Sequence record: MK054224.1
Length of the DNA: 16,044 bases
Direction: 5' to 3' (one strand)
Position 1 is the first letter of the stretch. Each line of letters begins with the position of its first letter. The notes under the pieces were generated by a model. It saw only the letters and a program-made list of their open reading frames with translations. It was not told where the DNA came from and did no database searches. The translations under genes were made by a program, and so were the position numbers. Shown here piece by piece: positions 6,384 to 15,076 of the stretch.

Positions 6384-6754
6384 TGTCAGGTAATAAAAAT
6401 TACCTGAGTAATCGTAAAACTTTAGGGATTCATGTGTCTGCAGAAGAACTAAAACGGTACCACTCTTTATCTGCAGAACAGAAAAGGTTGTTAAGGATAA
6501 TCGTTAAGGTGCTTATTTATAACCCTGAATTGCTTAACGAAAGTTCTTATCTTTACAAATTACTCACCACAAAAGCTATATCGCCTTACGTTTGCCCCCT
6601 TTGCTTAATACCGTTTTCCTCTTCCGTTAGTCTGAAACAACACATTAGATATGCTGAACATACGACAACTTGCCCGGTGTGCGGTAAGGAGTTTGCAAAG
6701 ACTGACGCACTCTTAGACCATGTTTGCAAAAAACATAATATCTGCGTTAGTTAG
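6383..6754 (+). CDS. SSV1 B129-like tandem C2H2 zinc-finger DNA-binding protein (123 aa)
   Basis: CPLC...HIRYAEH and CPVC...HVCKKH; usual position at the end of the early operon. Confidence 0.9.
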   Translation: MSGNKNYLSNRKTLGIHVSAEELKRYHSLSAEQKRLLRIIVKVLIYNPELLNESSYLYKLLTTKAISPYVCPLCLIPFSSSVSLKQHIRYAEHTTTCPVCGKEFAKTDALLDHVCKKHNICVS

Positions 6755-7096
6755 GTGATGTTGATGAATAGGCTAAAGGTCTTATGGTTCATCTTCATTT
6801 TAGGTAATATTTATGATGTCGTAATATCGGCAATAGCGTGGAGGTATGGGGCTATGGAAATAAATCAAACTTTAATTGATTTAGGCTTATGGTATGGTAA
6901 CACATCATTTTTTTCAGTAATGGAAGCATTTGTTGGCGTCAAATTAATACTAATAGTTGGAGTTTATTGGTTACTAAAATTATTCGAAAAACTTGGAGTT
7001 AGTAAGTATGAATGGTTGGGATTGGCCCCATTCGCCATTGAAACAATTTTTGTTTTAATATATGATACTTATAATTTCGTAATGCATCTTTTTTAG
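6755..7096 (+). CDS. Multi-pass membrane protein (110-113 aa)
   Basis: About three hydrophobic segments; NIYD...GAMEINQ resembles the DUF5658-type motif (recall); GGTGA SD favours the ATG at 6764. Confidence 0.8.
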   Translation: MMLMNRLKVLWFIFILGNIYDVVISAIAWRYGAMEINQTLIDLGLWYGNTSFFSVMEAFVGVKLILIVGVYWLLKLFEKLGVSKYEWLGLAPFAIETIFVLIYDTYNFVMHLF

Positions 7097-7109
7097 GCCC
7101 TTTATAAAG
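7094..7109 (+). promoter_or_regulatory. Conserved promoter TAGGCCCTTTATAAAG (T3-like)
   Basis: TTTATAAA starts 32 nt before the ATG at 7133; identical 16-mers at 8292 and 12343. Confidence 0.85.
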
Positions 7110-7132
7110 TCTACCTTCTTTTTTCGCTTACA

Positions 7133-8032
7133 ATGAGGAAGACCCTTCTAGCTCTTCTAACCCTATCCCTAGCGTTACTAATGTTAACAACACCTACCGG
7201 TGCTATAACTGCAAGTCAGTTAGGTGCAAATCAAATAGTATTTACGACTAATCAATTCTATATTGCCGGCGTTTCATATAGCAATGAGTGGTTTTCAGCC
7301 TTCTTCCATGGTTGGAACCCAATCGTATATGATGTTGAGGGTATCTATTTACGTAACATCTCTTTAGGGTACGTGAACAACCCTAATGGTAATGGCTATA
7401 ATGAAATATTTATAGGTATAGGGCTTAGTGCATATGCCACCGGGACTTTAGGAGGTGCCGGAACGCCGGGACAAATTATAAACAATGCAGTGTTGGCGGG
7501 CTTATATATTGTAACTACCAGTAGTGGATCCTATTATTATTATGTAGGCGCTGAAACATTACAAAATGGTAATCCTATAATTGCTAAAGATTCACCACCC
7601 ATAACCGGTTCTCTTCCAATAAGTGTGCAAACATATTTATATGATGATGGGAACGGAACTGCCACTGCGTATATAACATTATATTATTCATATGGTCTAC
7701 TGACATATAGTTTCTACGTCCCATATCCTTTTAATCCTAGTCAAGGATATGCCTCATATTCTGCACTCACTTTAATTGGTGCGATATTGCAATTACCATA
7801 TATTAGTGGAGGGCTAACGAGTTTCGATTTTACCTATCAAAGTAACGGGCAAAACTATGAATGGCCGAATCAGGTAGCCTCTGGTACTCAGATCATGGCA
7901 GGGGTTTATAACATATCAAGTTCCGTAAACGAGTTTACACAAGTAAGTCTGTATAACGGTTTCTTAAATAATGGTTTGTGGTCTTACATCTATAATTTTA
8001 CCTATCCATATCCTACCACACACGCACTCTAA
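7133..8032 (+). CDS. Secreted protein at the SSV1 A291 / SSV9 B310 locus, putative viral toxin (299 aa)
   Basis: Signal peptide MRKTLLALLTLSLALL like A291; Y/G/S/N/T-rich body; own promoter; located upstream of VP4. Confidence 0.7.
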   Translation: MRKTLLALLTLSLALLMLTTPTGAITASQLGANQIVFTTNQFYIAGVSYSNEWFSAFFHGWNPIVYDVEGIYLRNISLGYVNNPNGNGYNEIFIGIGLSAYATGTLGGAGTPGQIINNAVLAGLYIVTTSSGSYYYYVGAETLQNGNPIIAKDSPPITGSLPISVQTYLYDDGNGTATAYITLYYSYGLLTYSFYVPYPFNPSQGYASYSALTLIGAILQLPYISGGLTSFDFTYQSNGQNYEWPNQVASGTQIMAGVYNISSSVNEFTQVSLYNGFLNNGLWSYIYNFTYPYPTTHAL

Positions 8033-8038
8033 GGCAAA

Positions 8039-8060
8039 ATTTTTTATCCTTTCTTTTTTA
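8039..8060 (+). terminator. T-rich tract after the A291-like gene, possible terminator
   Basis: TTTTTTTATCCTTTCTTTTTTA-type pyrimidine run just after the stop; part of it could instead be the TATA box of the next gene. Confidence 0.45.
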
Positions 8061-8061
8061 T

Positions 8062-8286
8062 ATGTTTAATCAAATGCCAACCGAGTCTATAACAAACGTA
8101 ACAAACGAGCCTATAATACCGTTTACGGTTAAGACTCATAACCCCTCCCCACCATCGCCGTTCCAAGTGGTTTATGATTACATCCCTACAATAATTCTAT
8201 CAATAGGAATAACCCTTTTAGTTTTAACAATCTATGTATCACCATCCCTCAGAATAGCATTAAGAAAATTCTTCGTAAGACGTTAA
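8062..8286 (+). CDS. Small single-pass membrane protein (70-74 aa)
   Basis: Pro/Thr-rich N-terminus with NVT sequon, TM segment IPTIILSIGITLLVLTIYV, basic C-tail RIALRKFFVRR; occupies the SSV1 C124 slot. Confidence 0.75.
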   Translation: MFNQMPTESITNVTNEPIIPFTVKTHNPSPPSPFQVVYDYIPTIILSIGITLLVLTIYVSPSLRIALRKFFVRR

Positions 8287-8291
8287 CAGAT

Positions 8292-8307
8292 TAGGCCCTT
8301 TATAAAG
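8292..8307 (+). promoter_or_regulatory. Conserved promoter TAGGCCCTTTATAAAG for the VP4 operon
   Basis: TATA starts 31 nt before the ATG at 8330. Confidence 0.85.
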
Positions 8308-8329
8308 CCATTTAATTTTTTATCGCTTA

Positions 8330-10765
8330 ATGAAGTGGGGACTATCTTTACTACTACTAACCCTCTTACTCTCACCTATCTTAACAAACGGTGTTATAAC
8401 CGGGCCTCATCCATACTTAGATGGCGGTGGGGGTTTTACCGGGCCTTTCTTCAAATACTCTAACACAATTCAAGTTGGATCCTCTACTTTTTCTTCTAAA
8501 TACAATGGTTCAACCCTTTCTACCGCACCATGGCTTAACCCGACTTACGTTTCGATATACAACACTTATTACCTTCAAGTTTTACCGAACCAAGAGTACA
8601 TTTCAAATAACGTATCTCTTTCTCTTTCATCATCACAAATCGCTCTAAACGTCACATGGTTATTAGCGTCTTCCGGTAATTCCGGATCCTACGGTTCAAT
8701 CGCCATAGGCTACGGTGTTAATTTTCCTTCAGGATTTACGGGTAACTATGCACCCGCACCACCTTACGCCTCTGATGGGATTGTAGTTTATCTGGAAAAA
8801 GGTGGTTTTCCAACATATAGGCTATTCGTATACTTTGATGGTGTGAAACAGTTAAACGTATCTGTGGGATCAATCAGTGTTGGGCAACAAATAGGTTTAG
8901 GGTTCTGGTACTTACCCGCTACAAACCAACTTTACGTTTATTACTATAACGGTACTCTAAAGACTTTTTCAATAACACCGGGTCAAGTTATCAATAATCA
9001 ATTTTATCCTCTTTCATTGAATACTATAAATAGTAATTATGTCATTGATGCTCAAAATGTTGGGCCGGGGTACGGTTACGGGCAGTGGGTGTTAATATCA
9101 TACTCAATCTTCCAAACTAAGACATATAGTGCAACACTTAGCTATACATCTGTTATTTTAGGCAATGGTATTCAGGCTTTGGCGGGATTTACTGGTGCGT
9201 ACAACCCTTTAAACGTGTCCACTAATGTGACCTCTTGGTCTGTTGTAGGTATCGTTAAGGTTGTAAATTATAGTGTTTCAAACTCACAATATTCATTGAT
9301 CGGTAGTGTGAGTTACTTAACATCAACAAATACTGTTTACTTCATTCTTAATAGTATTTACCCCACATATAGTGTAAACACATGGTATCTTAACGTAACG
9401 TTAGAGTTTCAGTTTGTAACGCCCTCAAGTACAGTCTACAAGAATATTACAATTCCGATTTTTGACGGGGGATTTGCGGTTCTTGTCCAAGTAAGCTTAC
9501 CGCAATCATCATACCTATCAGGTCAGACTATTAGTGTTTCTAATTCTACAACTATTGAATATCCCTCTAATGCGGGATATTCGTTAGCCTTAAAACCGGT
9601 TGTAGAAATTAATATACAAGGTCTCACTAACGGCTTTGTGCCATTACCTTACACGGTTACTGCGAATGTGAACGCACAAACAACATATTATTACGTTATA
9701 AACATACAATTCGGTCAATTCTCTCTAGGTGGTCAAACTGGTACAATAACAATATACCCCGTCAGCCAATTACCCGTTATATTCGTTTCACAATATCCCA
9801 CATCAGTTACGTCTGGTACTAAGGTGACTATAACTTTTCAATTCACTCTCAACACACCCGTTTCAAATGTGACAATGTCAGCGTTTAGCCAATCCACTAC
9901 GACTTTCGCATGGACTTACGCGTCTCTTTTATCGTCATCATCACTTGTGGAGTTTCAGGGGTACTGGCTATCAGCGAATGACGGAATTATAATCATTACG
10001 CAAAGTCAAAACTATTTAATTCCCTTCAATTATGTAGGTTTGACGTTTTATAACAACAGTGTTAACACAATTCAGATTAACGTTATAAATAACGCGTTAC
10101 AACTGAATGTTAATAATAACGTGCTAAACTTAGCTAACTCATCTAAAGTTATCGGTATAGGATTCTATTACGGTGCGGGGAAGTTAGTGTTAAACTGGTT
10201 CTTTGTTAGCGGTATCGTTTTGCAGTCTGCCACTGCAAATCAGGCGTATACGATTCTGACGGGTACAAGTCTGAACACATTGACACAGTATACGAATGGA
10301 TACACGAATGCGTCAGGGTTTGGACAAGTGACAGTGACGCTTACATATACTCCTTACGAGTTAGTGGAAATCTACTGGGGTGGTCTACAGAAATACGCAA
10401 TCCTAAACATTAGCGTCACTCAGCCTACTACAACTACAACTACGACTGTGAATACTTCAACATTAAACTATAACTACACTAATCCGTTTACTAACAACAT
10501 ATCGCCTACCTCAACCCTTTACAACTTTAGCAATGCCCAACCATGGGCGATGTTGATAGGGATAGCCGTGACGGTGATAGTCACGTTACTAGGTTGGAAG
10601 TTTGGTGGAAAAGGTGGTGCTAGTGGTGGTGTAGTTATGGGGTTAATCGCCGTGTCCTATCTAGGTTTAGTGCCATGGTATATCTTCTACATCTTCATCT
10701 TTGGCATAGCGTTACTATTAGCGAAAATATTCGTAGATAGGTTTATGGGTGGTGAGGAGGAATGA
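8330..10765 (+). CDS. vp4: VP4 tail/adsorption protein (SSV1 C792-like), 811 aa
   Basis: Signal peptide, long S/T/N/Y-rich body with many N-x-S/T sequons, C-terminal TM helices; precedes the B78-like gene. Confidence 0.92.
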   Translation: MKWGLSLLLLTLLLSPILTNGVITGPHPYLDGGGGFTGPFFKYSNTIQVGSSTFSSKYNGSTLSTAPWLNPTYVSIYNTYYLQVLPNQEYISNNVSLSLSSSQIALNVTWLLASSGNSGSYGSIAIGYGVNFPSGFTGNYAPAPPYASDGIVVYLEKGGFPTYRLFVYFDGVKQLNVSVGSISVGQQIGLGFWYLPATNQLYVYYYNGTLKTFSITPGQVINNQFYPLSLNTINSNYVIDAQNVGPGYGYGQWVLISYSIFQTKTYSATLSYTSVILGNGIQALAGFTGAYNPLNVSTNVTSWSVVGIVKVVNYSVSNSQYSLIGSVSYLTSTNTVYFILNSIYPTYSVNTWYLNVTLEFQFVTPSSTVYKNITIPIFDGGFAVLVQVSLPQSSYLSGQTISVSNSTTIEYPSNAGYSLALKPVVEINIQGLTNGFVPLPYTVTANVNAQTTYYYVINIQFGQFSLGGQTGTITIYPVSQLPVIFVSQYPTSVTSGTKVTITFQFTLNTPVSNVTMSAFSQSTTTFAWTYASLLSSSSLVEFQGYWLSANDGIIIITQSQNYLIPFNYVGLTFYNNSVNTIQINVINNALQLNVNNNVLNLANSSKVIGIGFYYGAGKLVLNWFFVSGIVLQSATANQAYTILTGTSLNTLTQYTNGYTNASGFGQVTVTLTYTPYELVEIYWGGLQKYAILNISVTQPTTTTTTTVNTSTLNYNYTNPFTNNISPTSTLYNFSNAQPWAMLIGIAVTVIVTLLGWKFGGKGGASGGVVMGLIAVSYLGLVPWYIFYIFIFGIALLLAKIFVDRFMGGEEE

Positions 10766-11001
10766 CTGACGCAATTAGTTTAGCCCTTCAAACGGGTTTA
10801 GGGCCCGTTATTGGCGTCGTCATTATCATTTCTCTAATGGGGTTGACGTACAAAATTGCGGGAAGGATCCCCGCTATCATCACGGGAATAGCGTCAACAT
10901 TTGTATTGATTTTTATGGACTTTATACCCGTTTATTGGGGTATAGGGATTATATTTGGTCTGATAGCCGGGATGGTATTAGGTGGGAAAGATGGGTACTA
11001 A
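10762..11001 (+). CDS. SSV1 B78-like membrane protein (79 aa)
   Basis: Hydrophobic; ATGA overlap with VP4; MTDAISLALQTGLGP start. Confidence 0.88.
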   Translation: MTDAISLALQTGLGPVIGVVIIISLMGLTYKIAGRIPAIITGIASTFVLIFMDFIPVYWGIGIIFGLIAGMVLGGKDGY

Positions 11002-11494
11002 GCTAATAGTCTACGTGTTAATTTTCGATATCTTTCTTTCGCTAATGGTAGGTGCTTACGGTGGAATCTCACCACCGTCAATACCACCGATACCTAGCTA
11101 TAGTTTCGATCAAGCTTTAGCATCATCAATCGTGTGGACTGTAGGATGGCCACCAATCACTTTATGGGGATCCGTGACACTTATTCCACCGTTTTCGATA
11201 TTGGGGGCCAATTTTCCGGGGCTAACTTTACCGGGTGTAACGATTCCGGGCGTAACACTGTTTAGTATATCGTTTTCATGGCTAGCACCCCTCTTCTACA
11301 TCTCTGGTTGGATAATCTGGATATTCCAAACGGTAGCATCAACAGTAGGATATTTGTTAAGTATTTTTACAAGTAGTGTAGCGTTACTATCGTCAGTACC
11401 GGTGGTAGGGCCATTCCTTACTGCGTTTATACTTATTGTTAATTTCATTCTCATTTGGGAACTGGTGAAACTGATAAGGGGTTACGGGCCATGA
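10991..11494 (+). CDS. SSV1 C166-like membrane protein (167 aa)
   Basis: GGTGG SD before the ATG at 10991; hydrophobic and Pro-rich; core gene order. Confidence 0.88.
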   Translation: MGTKLIVYVLIFDIFLSLMVGAYGGISPPSIPPIPSYSFDQALASSIVWTVGWPPITLWGSVTLIPPFSILGANFPGLTLPGVTIPGVTLFSISFSWLAPLFYISGWIIWIFQTVASTVGYLLSIFTSSVALLSSVPVVGPFLTAFILIVNFILIWELVKLIRGYGP

Positions 11495-11832
11495 CTTATA
11501 ACGCGAATGAGATAAGGGCAAAAATCCTAAGAAAGAAGATACTGGAGCTTATCGCTGAAAACTACGTACTCTCTGCGTCGCTAATCTCTCACACACTGCT
11601 TTTGAGCTATGCCACCGTTTTGCGTCATCTCAGGATCCTAAATGAACACGGCTATATCGAATTGTACAAAGAAGGGCGAACGTTATATGCAAAAATTAAG
11701 GATAATTCGCGGAAAATTCAGATTCTGAATTCAGAACTGGAGGGGTTTAAAAAGCTTAACGAAAAGACCTTAGTGACCAAGAATGAGGGCAGTCGCGGTA
11801 TTGTCAACACCAAAGAAACTAAGAAGGGCTGA
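11491..11832 (+). CDS. SSV1 B115-like HTH regulator (113 aa)
   Basis: [39 protein letters not shown] wHTH; ATGA overlap at 11491. Confidence 0.9.
   Translation: MTYNANEIRAKILRKKILELIAENYVLSASLISHTLLLSYATVLRHLRILNEHGYIELYKEGRTLYAKIKDNSRKIQILNSELEGFKKLNEKTLVTKNEGSRGIVNTKETKKG
11737..11753 (+). promoter_or_regulatory. VP1/VP3 (T1/T2-like) promoter inside the B115-like gene
   Basis: CTGGAGGGGTTTAAAAA-type sequence with TTTAAAAA at 11746-11753, 37 nt before the VP1 ATG; resembles the recalled SSV1 capsid promoter. Confidence 0.7.
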
Positions 11833-12052
11833 GGCAACTAACATAGGTGTACTGTTAGGGTTATTCATCTTCATCCTTATAGGAATAGTATTATTGCCCG
11901 TTATCGTTTCACAAGTAAACAACCTCACGAGTGGTACCGCACCCGCGGTTACGGGTACTAATGCTACATTATTGAACTTGGTACCGCTATTCTATATACT
12001 TGTATTGATAATAGTCCCCGCGGTAGTAGCGTATAAGATCTACAAAGATTGA
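11783..12052 (+). CDS. vp1: Major capsid protein VP1 precursor (89 aa)
   Basis: [35 protein letters not shown]...[12 protein letters not shown]; two TM helices; conserved Glu at the maturation site; NLT and NAT sequons. Confidence 0.97.
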   Translation: MRAVAVLSTPKKLRRAEATNIGVLLGLFIFILIGIVLLPVIVSQVNNLTSGTAPAVTGTNATLLNLVPLFYILVLIIVPAVVAYKIYKD

Positions 12053-12066
12053 GAGGTGTGAGAAAG

Positions 12067-12345
12067 ATGGAGTCAAATGTTAAGGCAATTATTTTTTTGT
12101 TTGTCTTTATCCTCATCGGGGTTGTCCTATTCCAACCAATTTATAATGAAGTAGTTTACGTTACGACATCAGGAACTTACACTACTATTACCTCAGGTAC
12201 TCTAGTTACATCATCGTTTATACCTAACCCGCAATATGTAGGGTCTTCAAACGCTACTGTTGTATCATTAGTACCGGTCTTCTACTTACTTGTGTTGATA
12301 ATAGTACCGGCCGTGATTGGTTACAGATTGTACAAGAGTGAGTAG
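12067..12345 (+). CDS. vp3: Minor capsid protein VP3 (92 aa)
   Basis: VP1 paralog with TTSGTYTT...[11 protein letters not shown]; GAGGTG SD before the ATG at 12067. Confidence 0.96.
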   Translation: MESNVKAIIFLFVFILIGVVLFQPIYNEVVYVTTSGTYTTITSGTLVTSSFIPNPQYVGSSNATVVSLVPVFYLLVLIIVPAVIGYRLYKSE

Positions 12346-12358
12346 GCCCTTTATAAAG
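12343..12358 (+). promoter_or_regulatory. Conserved promoter TAGGCCCTTTATAAAG (T9-like)
   Basis: TATA starts 31 nt before the ATG at 12381; the first three bases are the VP3 stop codon. Confidence 0.85.
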
Positions 12359-12380
12359 CCATATTCTTTTTTTCCTCTTG

Positions 12381-12629
12381 ATGAGTGCGTTAGGCGATGT
12401 AATCTATATTTTAGGTATTTTAATCCCACTCCTAGGATTGGTCGTAAGGAACTATCTAGTTGAATTGCTAGGTTTTGTAATGGGTACGATTGCGTTCTTA
12501 GCGTTTGTGCAAAATTATACAGACATAACATTTTCAGCGTCAAACTTCTATTTGGCGTTACTACCTTTAGCGTTTGGCTTAATGGACTTTGCCTTCTTCT
12601 TTAACTGGCTTAAGGAGGAAAGAATATGA
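12381..12629 (+). CDS. SSV1 A82-like membrane protein (82 aa)
   Basis: MSALGDVIYILG; hydrophobic; first gene after the T9-like promoter. Confidence 0.88.
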   Translation: MSALGDVIYILGILIPLLGLVVRNYLVELLGFVMGTIAFLAFVQNYTDITFSASNFYLALLPLAFGLMDFAFFFNWLKEERI

Positions 12630-12862
12630 AGGTGATACATAATGATATACGTTTCAGAAAATTACGCATTGGACATACTTATTTTCGATATAACTATGCT
12701 CATTACTGCACTACTATTCAGAAAGCCAAAGCCCAAACCCGTGAAATCAACATTAGACCACAAAACCATAAGGCGATTAGGGTATTACACCGTAGGAGCC
12801 GGGGTATTAACGCTCTTCTTAGGCCATTTGGGTTTTTACGAAAGTTTTTGGGAATACCTTGA
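12626..12862 (+). CDS. SSV1 C84-like overlapping basic ORF (78 aa)
   Basis: AAGGAGG SD and ATGA coupling to the A82-like stop, but almost entirely overlapped by the A92-like ORF in another frame. Confidence 0.45.
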   Translation: MKVIHNDIRFRKLRIGHTYFRYNYAHYCTTIQKAKAQTREINIRPQNHKAIRVLHRRSRGINALLRPFGFLRKFLGIP

Positions 12863-12926
12863 AGGGTTGATGTTAGATGCTTTCCTATTTTACATTGGGT
12901 TGAGAATGGTGATCCAAGGTGAGTGA
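12642..12926 (+). CDS. SSV1 A92-like membrane protein (94 aa)
   Basis: AAGGTGA SD; three hydrophobic segments; YVSEN...DITMLIT...KPVKST motif. Confidence 0.8.
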   Translation: MIYVSENYALDILIFDITMLITALLFRKPKPKPVKSTLDHKTIRRLGYYTVGAGVLTLFLGHLGFYESFWEYLEGLMLDAFLFYIGLRMVIQGE

Positions 12927-13746
12927 TGGGAAACTACTTCATGCGTGGGAAGAGGAATTAAGAAAGGCCCAAACGGTAGATGAGTTAAGGCAAAAATATG
13001 AAGAAATGCAAAAGCAGATAGCGGATAGCAAAACGCTTAAACGCTTATACAAAGTTTATGAAAAGAGAGAATTCGAAATAAAGAAAGCACAGTTTGAGCA
13101 GTTGAAGGCTGAACTTTCAAAGAAGAAGAAGAGGTTCAAGAAAGAGAAGGTTGACGTTAGGGTTAAGGTAGTTAAGAAATGGATCAATTCGCGTTTGTTT
13201 ACGGCTGAGCATTATGTGGCAATGCTACAACAGAGTCGCGACGGTTTACAGTTACTGTTCCTCAGGAAAGTGAAGTTAATCGAAAATCAGGGGTACCTGA
13301 TGTTGGAAAATAGGAAGATGAGAAAGTCATGGGTCTTAAACGGTGAACCGTTGTTACTTGAAAAGAGTAAATTCCCGTTTGGGCGGAAATTTGTAGCCGT
13401 ACACTTTGTCCTACCAGACTATCCGTATACGCTTAACTTAACGGTTGACGAGAAGATTAGGCAATTAACGCTGAAGAGTCTTAACGCCCCTCAGATTATT
13501 CACTCTATTGTTAGGACAAAGTTCTTTGAAGCACTTGCAAAAGTCGGTGGTGGGCCGGATTTTACAATGTTAGTTATCGGCGTTATAATGGGGATAGGGA
13601 TAGGGGTAGCCGTAGGTTTCGGAATAGCAAACGCTAACTTAACGCATTTACTCTCTCAACACGTGACTAATAGCACAGTAACGCATGTTACATCATCAAC
13701 AACATCACCTAGTTTCACGATTCCAAGTAACAGTACAAAGGGGTGA
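12919..13746 (+). CDS. SSV1 B277-like protein (275 aa)
   Basis: N-terminal coiled coil, C-terminal TM (VIGVIMGIGIGVAVGFGIA) and Ser/Thr tail; GTG start with GGTGA SD; core gene order. Confidence 0.88.
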   Translation: MSDGKLLHAWEEELRKAQTVDELRQKYEEMQKQIADSKTLKRLYKVYEKREFEIKKAQFEQLKAELSKKKKRFKKEKVDVRVKVVKKWINSRLFTAEHYVAMLQQSRDGLQLLFLRKVKLIENQGYLMLENRKMRKSWVLNGEPLLLEKSKFPFGRKFVAVHFVLPDYPYTLNLTVDEKIRQLTLKSLNAPQIIHSIVRTKFFEALAKVGGGPDFTMLVIGVIMGIGIGVAVGFGIANANLTHLLSQHVTNSTVTHVTSSTTSPSFTIPSNSTKG

Positions 13747-13751
13747 GTTAA

Positions 13752-14216
13752 ATGGCTAAGAAGACAGAAGTAGAACAATTACAGAAAGAGAATAATGAGT
13801 TAAAGAAAAAGTTAGCAGAGATAGAGAGTTTACTAAATAATAATAAGGAATTAGATGAGGATGAAAAGTTACAAGAGATAGAGAACCCCTACACGGTCAC
13901 GAATAGGGCAATAACCGAGTTAGTAGAACCTAAGGACACAATGTTTTACCTTTCGGGGTCTCAGATATCACTGATTTTGACGGCGTTTGAGTTTGCAAGA
14001 CTCCCTAGTTATTTCGGGGAAGAACCAGTTGTCGAGTTAGCGGAATTCGCTCACAAACTTAAGCACTACTTAGTTTCAAAGAGTGGAAGAGGAAGAAGGG
14101 ATATACTGAGGGTACTTAGGGTGTCATCAGGTCAATCTAGGGAAAACGTGAATAAGAGTTTGATTAGTAAAATATTAAAGGGGACTGATATGGATGCCAG
14201 AGAAGAAGAAGGTTAA
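13752..14216 (+). CDS. SSV1 A154-like protein (154 aa)
   Basis: Coiled-coil N-terminus; ENPYTVTN and HYLVSKSGRGRRDILRVLR motifs; immediately precedes the B251-like ATPase. Confidence 0.88.
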   Translation: MAKKTEVEQLQKENNELKKKLAEIESLLNNNKELDEDEKLQEIENPYTVTNRAITELVEPKDTMFYLSGSQISLILTAFEFARLPSYFGEEPVVELAEFAHKLKHYLVSKSGRGRRDILRVLRVSSGQSRENVNKSLISKILKGTDMDAREEEG

Positions 14217-14931
14217 ACATATTAATACAGGGCAGTTAGGGCAAATGATCATAAAAGAGATGCAGGATAACGGTTTTCAAAGCATAACAATATTCGGTAA
14301 GCAGGGTGCAGGGAAAACTACTTATGCATTAAAAGTAGGGGCAAGAATATTAATGTATTTATACCCAGAGCTTACTGAACATGACGCATGGTGGCAGGCA
14401 TATAATCTTATGGTCTTTTCTCTAGATGAGGCAATAGAAAAACTGACAAGTGTAGTAAACACACATGAACAGGGTAATATAAACTATAGGTTACCATTTT
14501 TGATAATTGATGACGCGAGCATTGACTTGATTAAATACGCATGGCATCAAGAACAAAATATCCAATTTGCTAAGTTATTTAACTTAGCTAGGACATGGTC
14601 TACGGCATTAATTTTCACCACTCCATGGATAGATGACCTTCAGAAATTCTTAAGAGAGAAAGCATGGATAGTAGTGCAAGTACAAAAATTCGGGAAATCT
14701 AAAGGAAACTATCCCCAGTCAATTGCATGGATATATAAGAGGACTATCAAATTGGTCAATGGGGAATTTAAGGGTAAATATGTAGAAAAATATTACGATA
14801 TCTTTAGGAGGGAAATGCCCAATGACCTTTATGAAGAATATATTAAAAGACGTGATAAGGTAATGGCGAAAATAGCGAGTGAGGTACTTGCTATACTTAG
14901 GGAAAAAGCCTCAAAAGTACCAAGTACATAA
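14194..14931 (+). CDS. SSV1 B251-like P-loop ATPase (245 aa)
   Basis: Walker A GKQGAGKT, Walker B FLIIDD; last gene before the converging integrase. Confidence 0.9.
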   Translation: MPEKKKVKHINTGQLGQMIIKEMQDNGFQSITIFGKQGAGKTTYALKVGARILMYLYPELTEHDAWWQAYNLMVFSLDEAIEKLTSVVNTHEQGNINYRLPFLIIDDASIDLIKYAWHQEQNIQFAKLFNLARTWSTALIFTTPWIDDLQKFLREKAWIVVQVQKFGKSKGNYPQSIAWIYKRTIKLVNGEFKGKYVEKYYDIFRREMPNDLYEEYIKRRDKVMAKIASEVLAILREKASKVPST

Positions 14932-15045
14932 CGTTGTTTTTCTTTCAATTCTACACGTGTAAGGTACTTGAAACGGGTCTAGTTTTATAGCGGGGGCAGT
15001 GTTTGCTTATTCCTAATATATATTATGTAAACCGCAAAAGAAAGG

Positions 15046-15053
15046 CTTATTAG
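15046..15053 (+). promoter_or_regulatory. Putative TATA box (CTTATTAG) with A-rich BRE for the 31-aa ORF
   Basis: AAAAGAAAGG-CTTATTAG starts 31 nt before the ATG at 15077. Confidence 0.5.
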
Positions 15054-15076
15054 CTTTTTAAATATATGATAAAAAT

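Noticed and set aside
8421-8648. 75-aa alternate-frame ORF inside VP4
   Set aside because: Fully nested, no SD, low-complexity by-product of VP4 codons.
10420-10460. ACT/ACA-rich short repeat
   Set aside because: Encodes the ordinary Thr-rich linker (QPTTTTTTTVNTST) before the VP4 membrane anchor.
12286-12543. 85-aa minus-strand ORF
   Set aside because: Antisense to VP3, the T9-like promoter and the A82-like gene.
15014-15025. Perfect AT palindrome TAATATATATTA as a leftward promoter
   Set aside because: No ORF follows on the minus strand, and such palindromes arise easily in AT-rich DNA; an antisense RNA cannot be excluded without RNA-seq.
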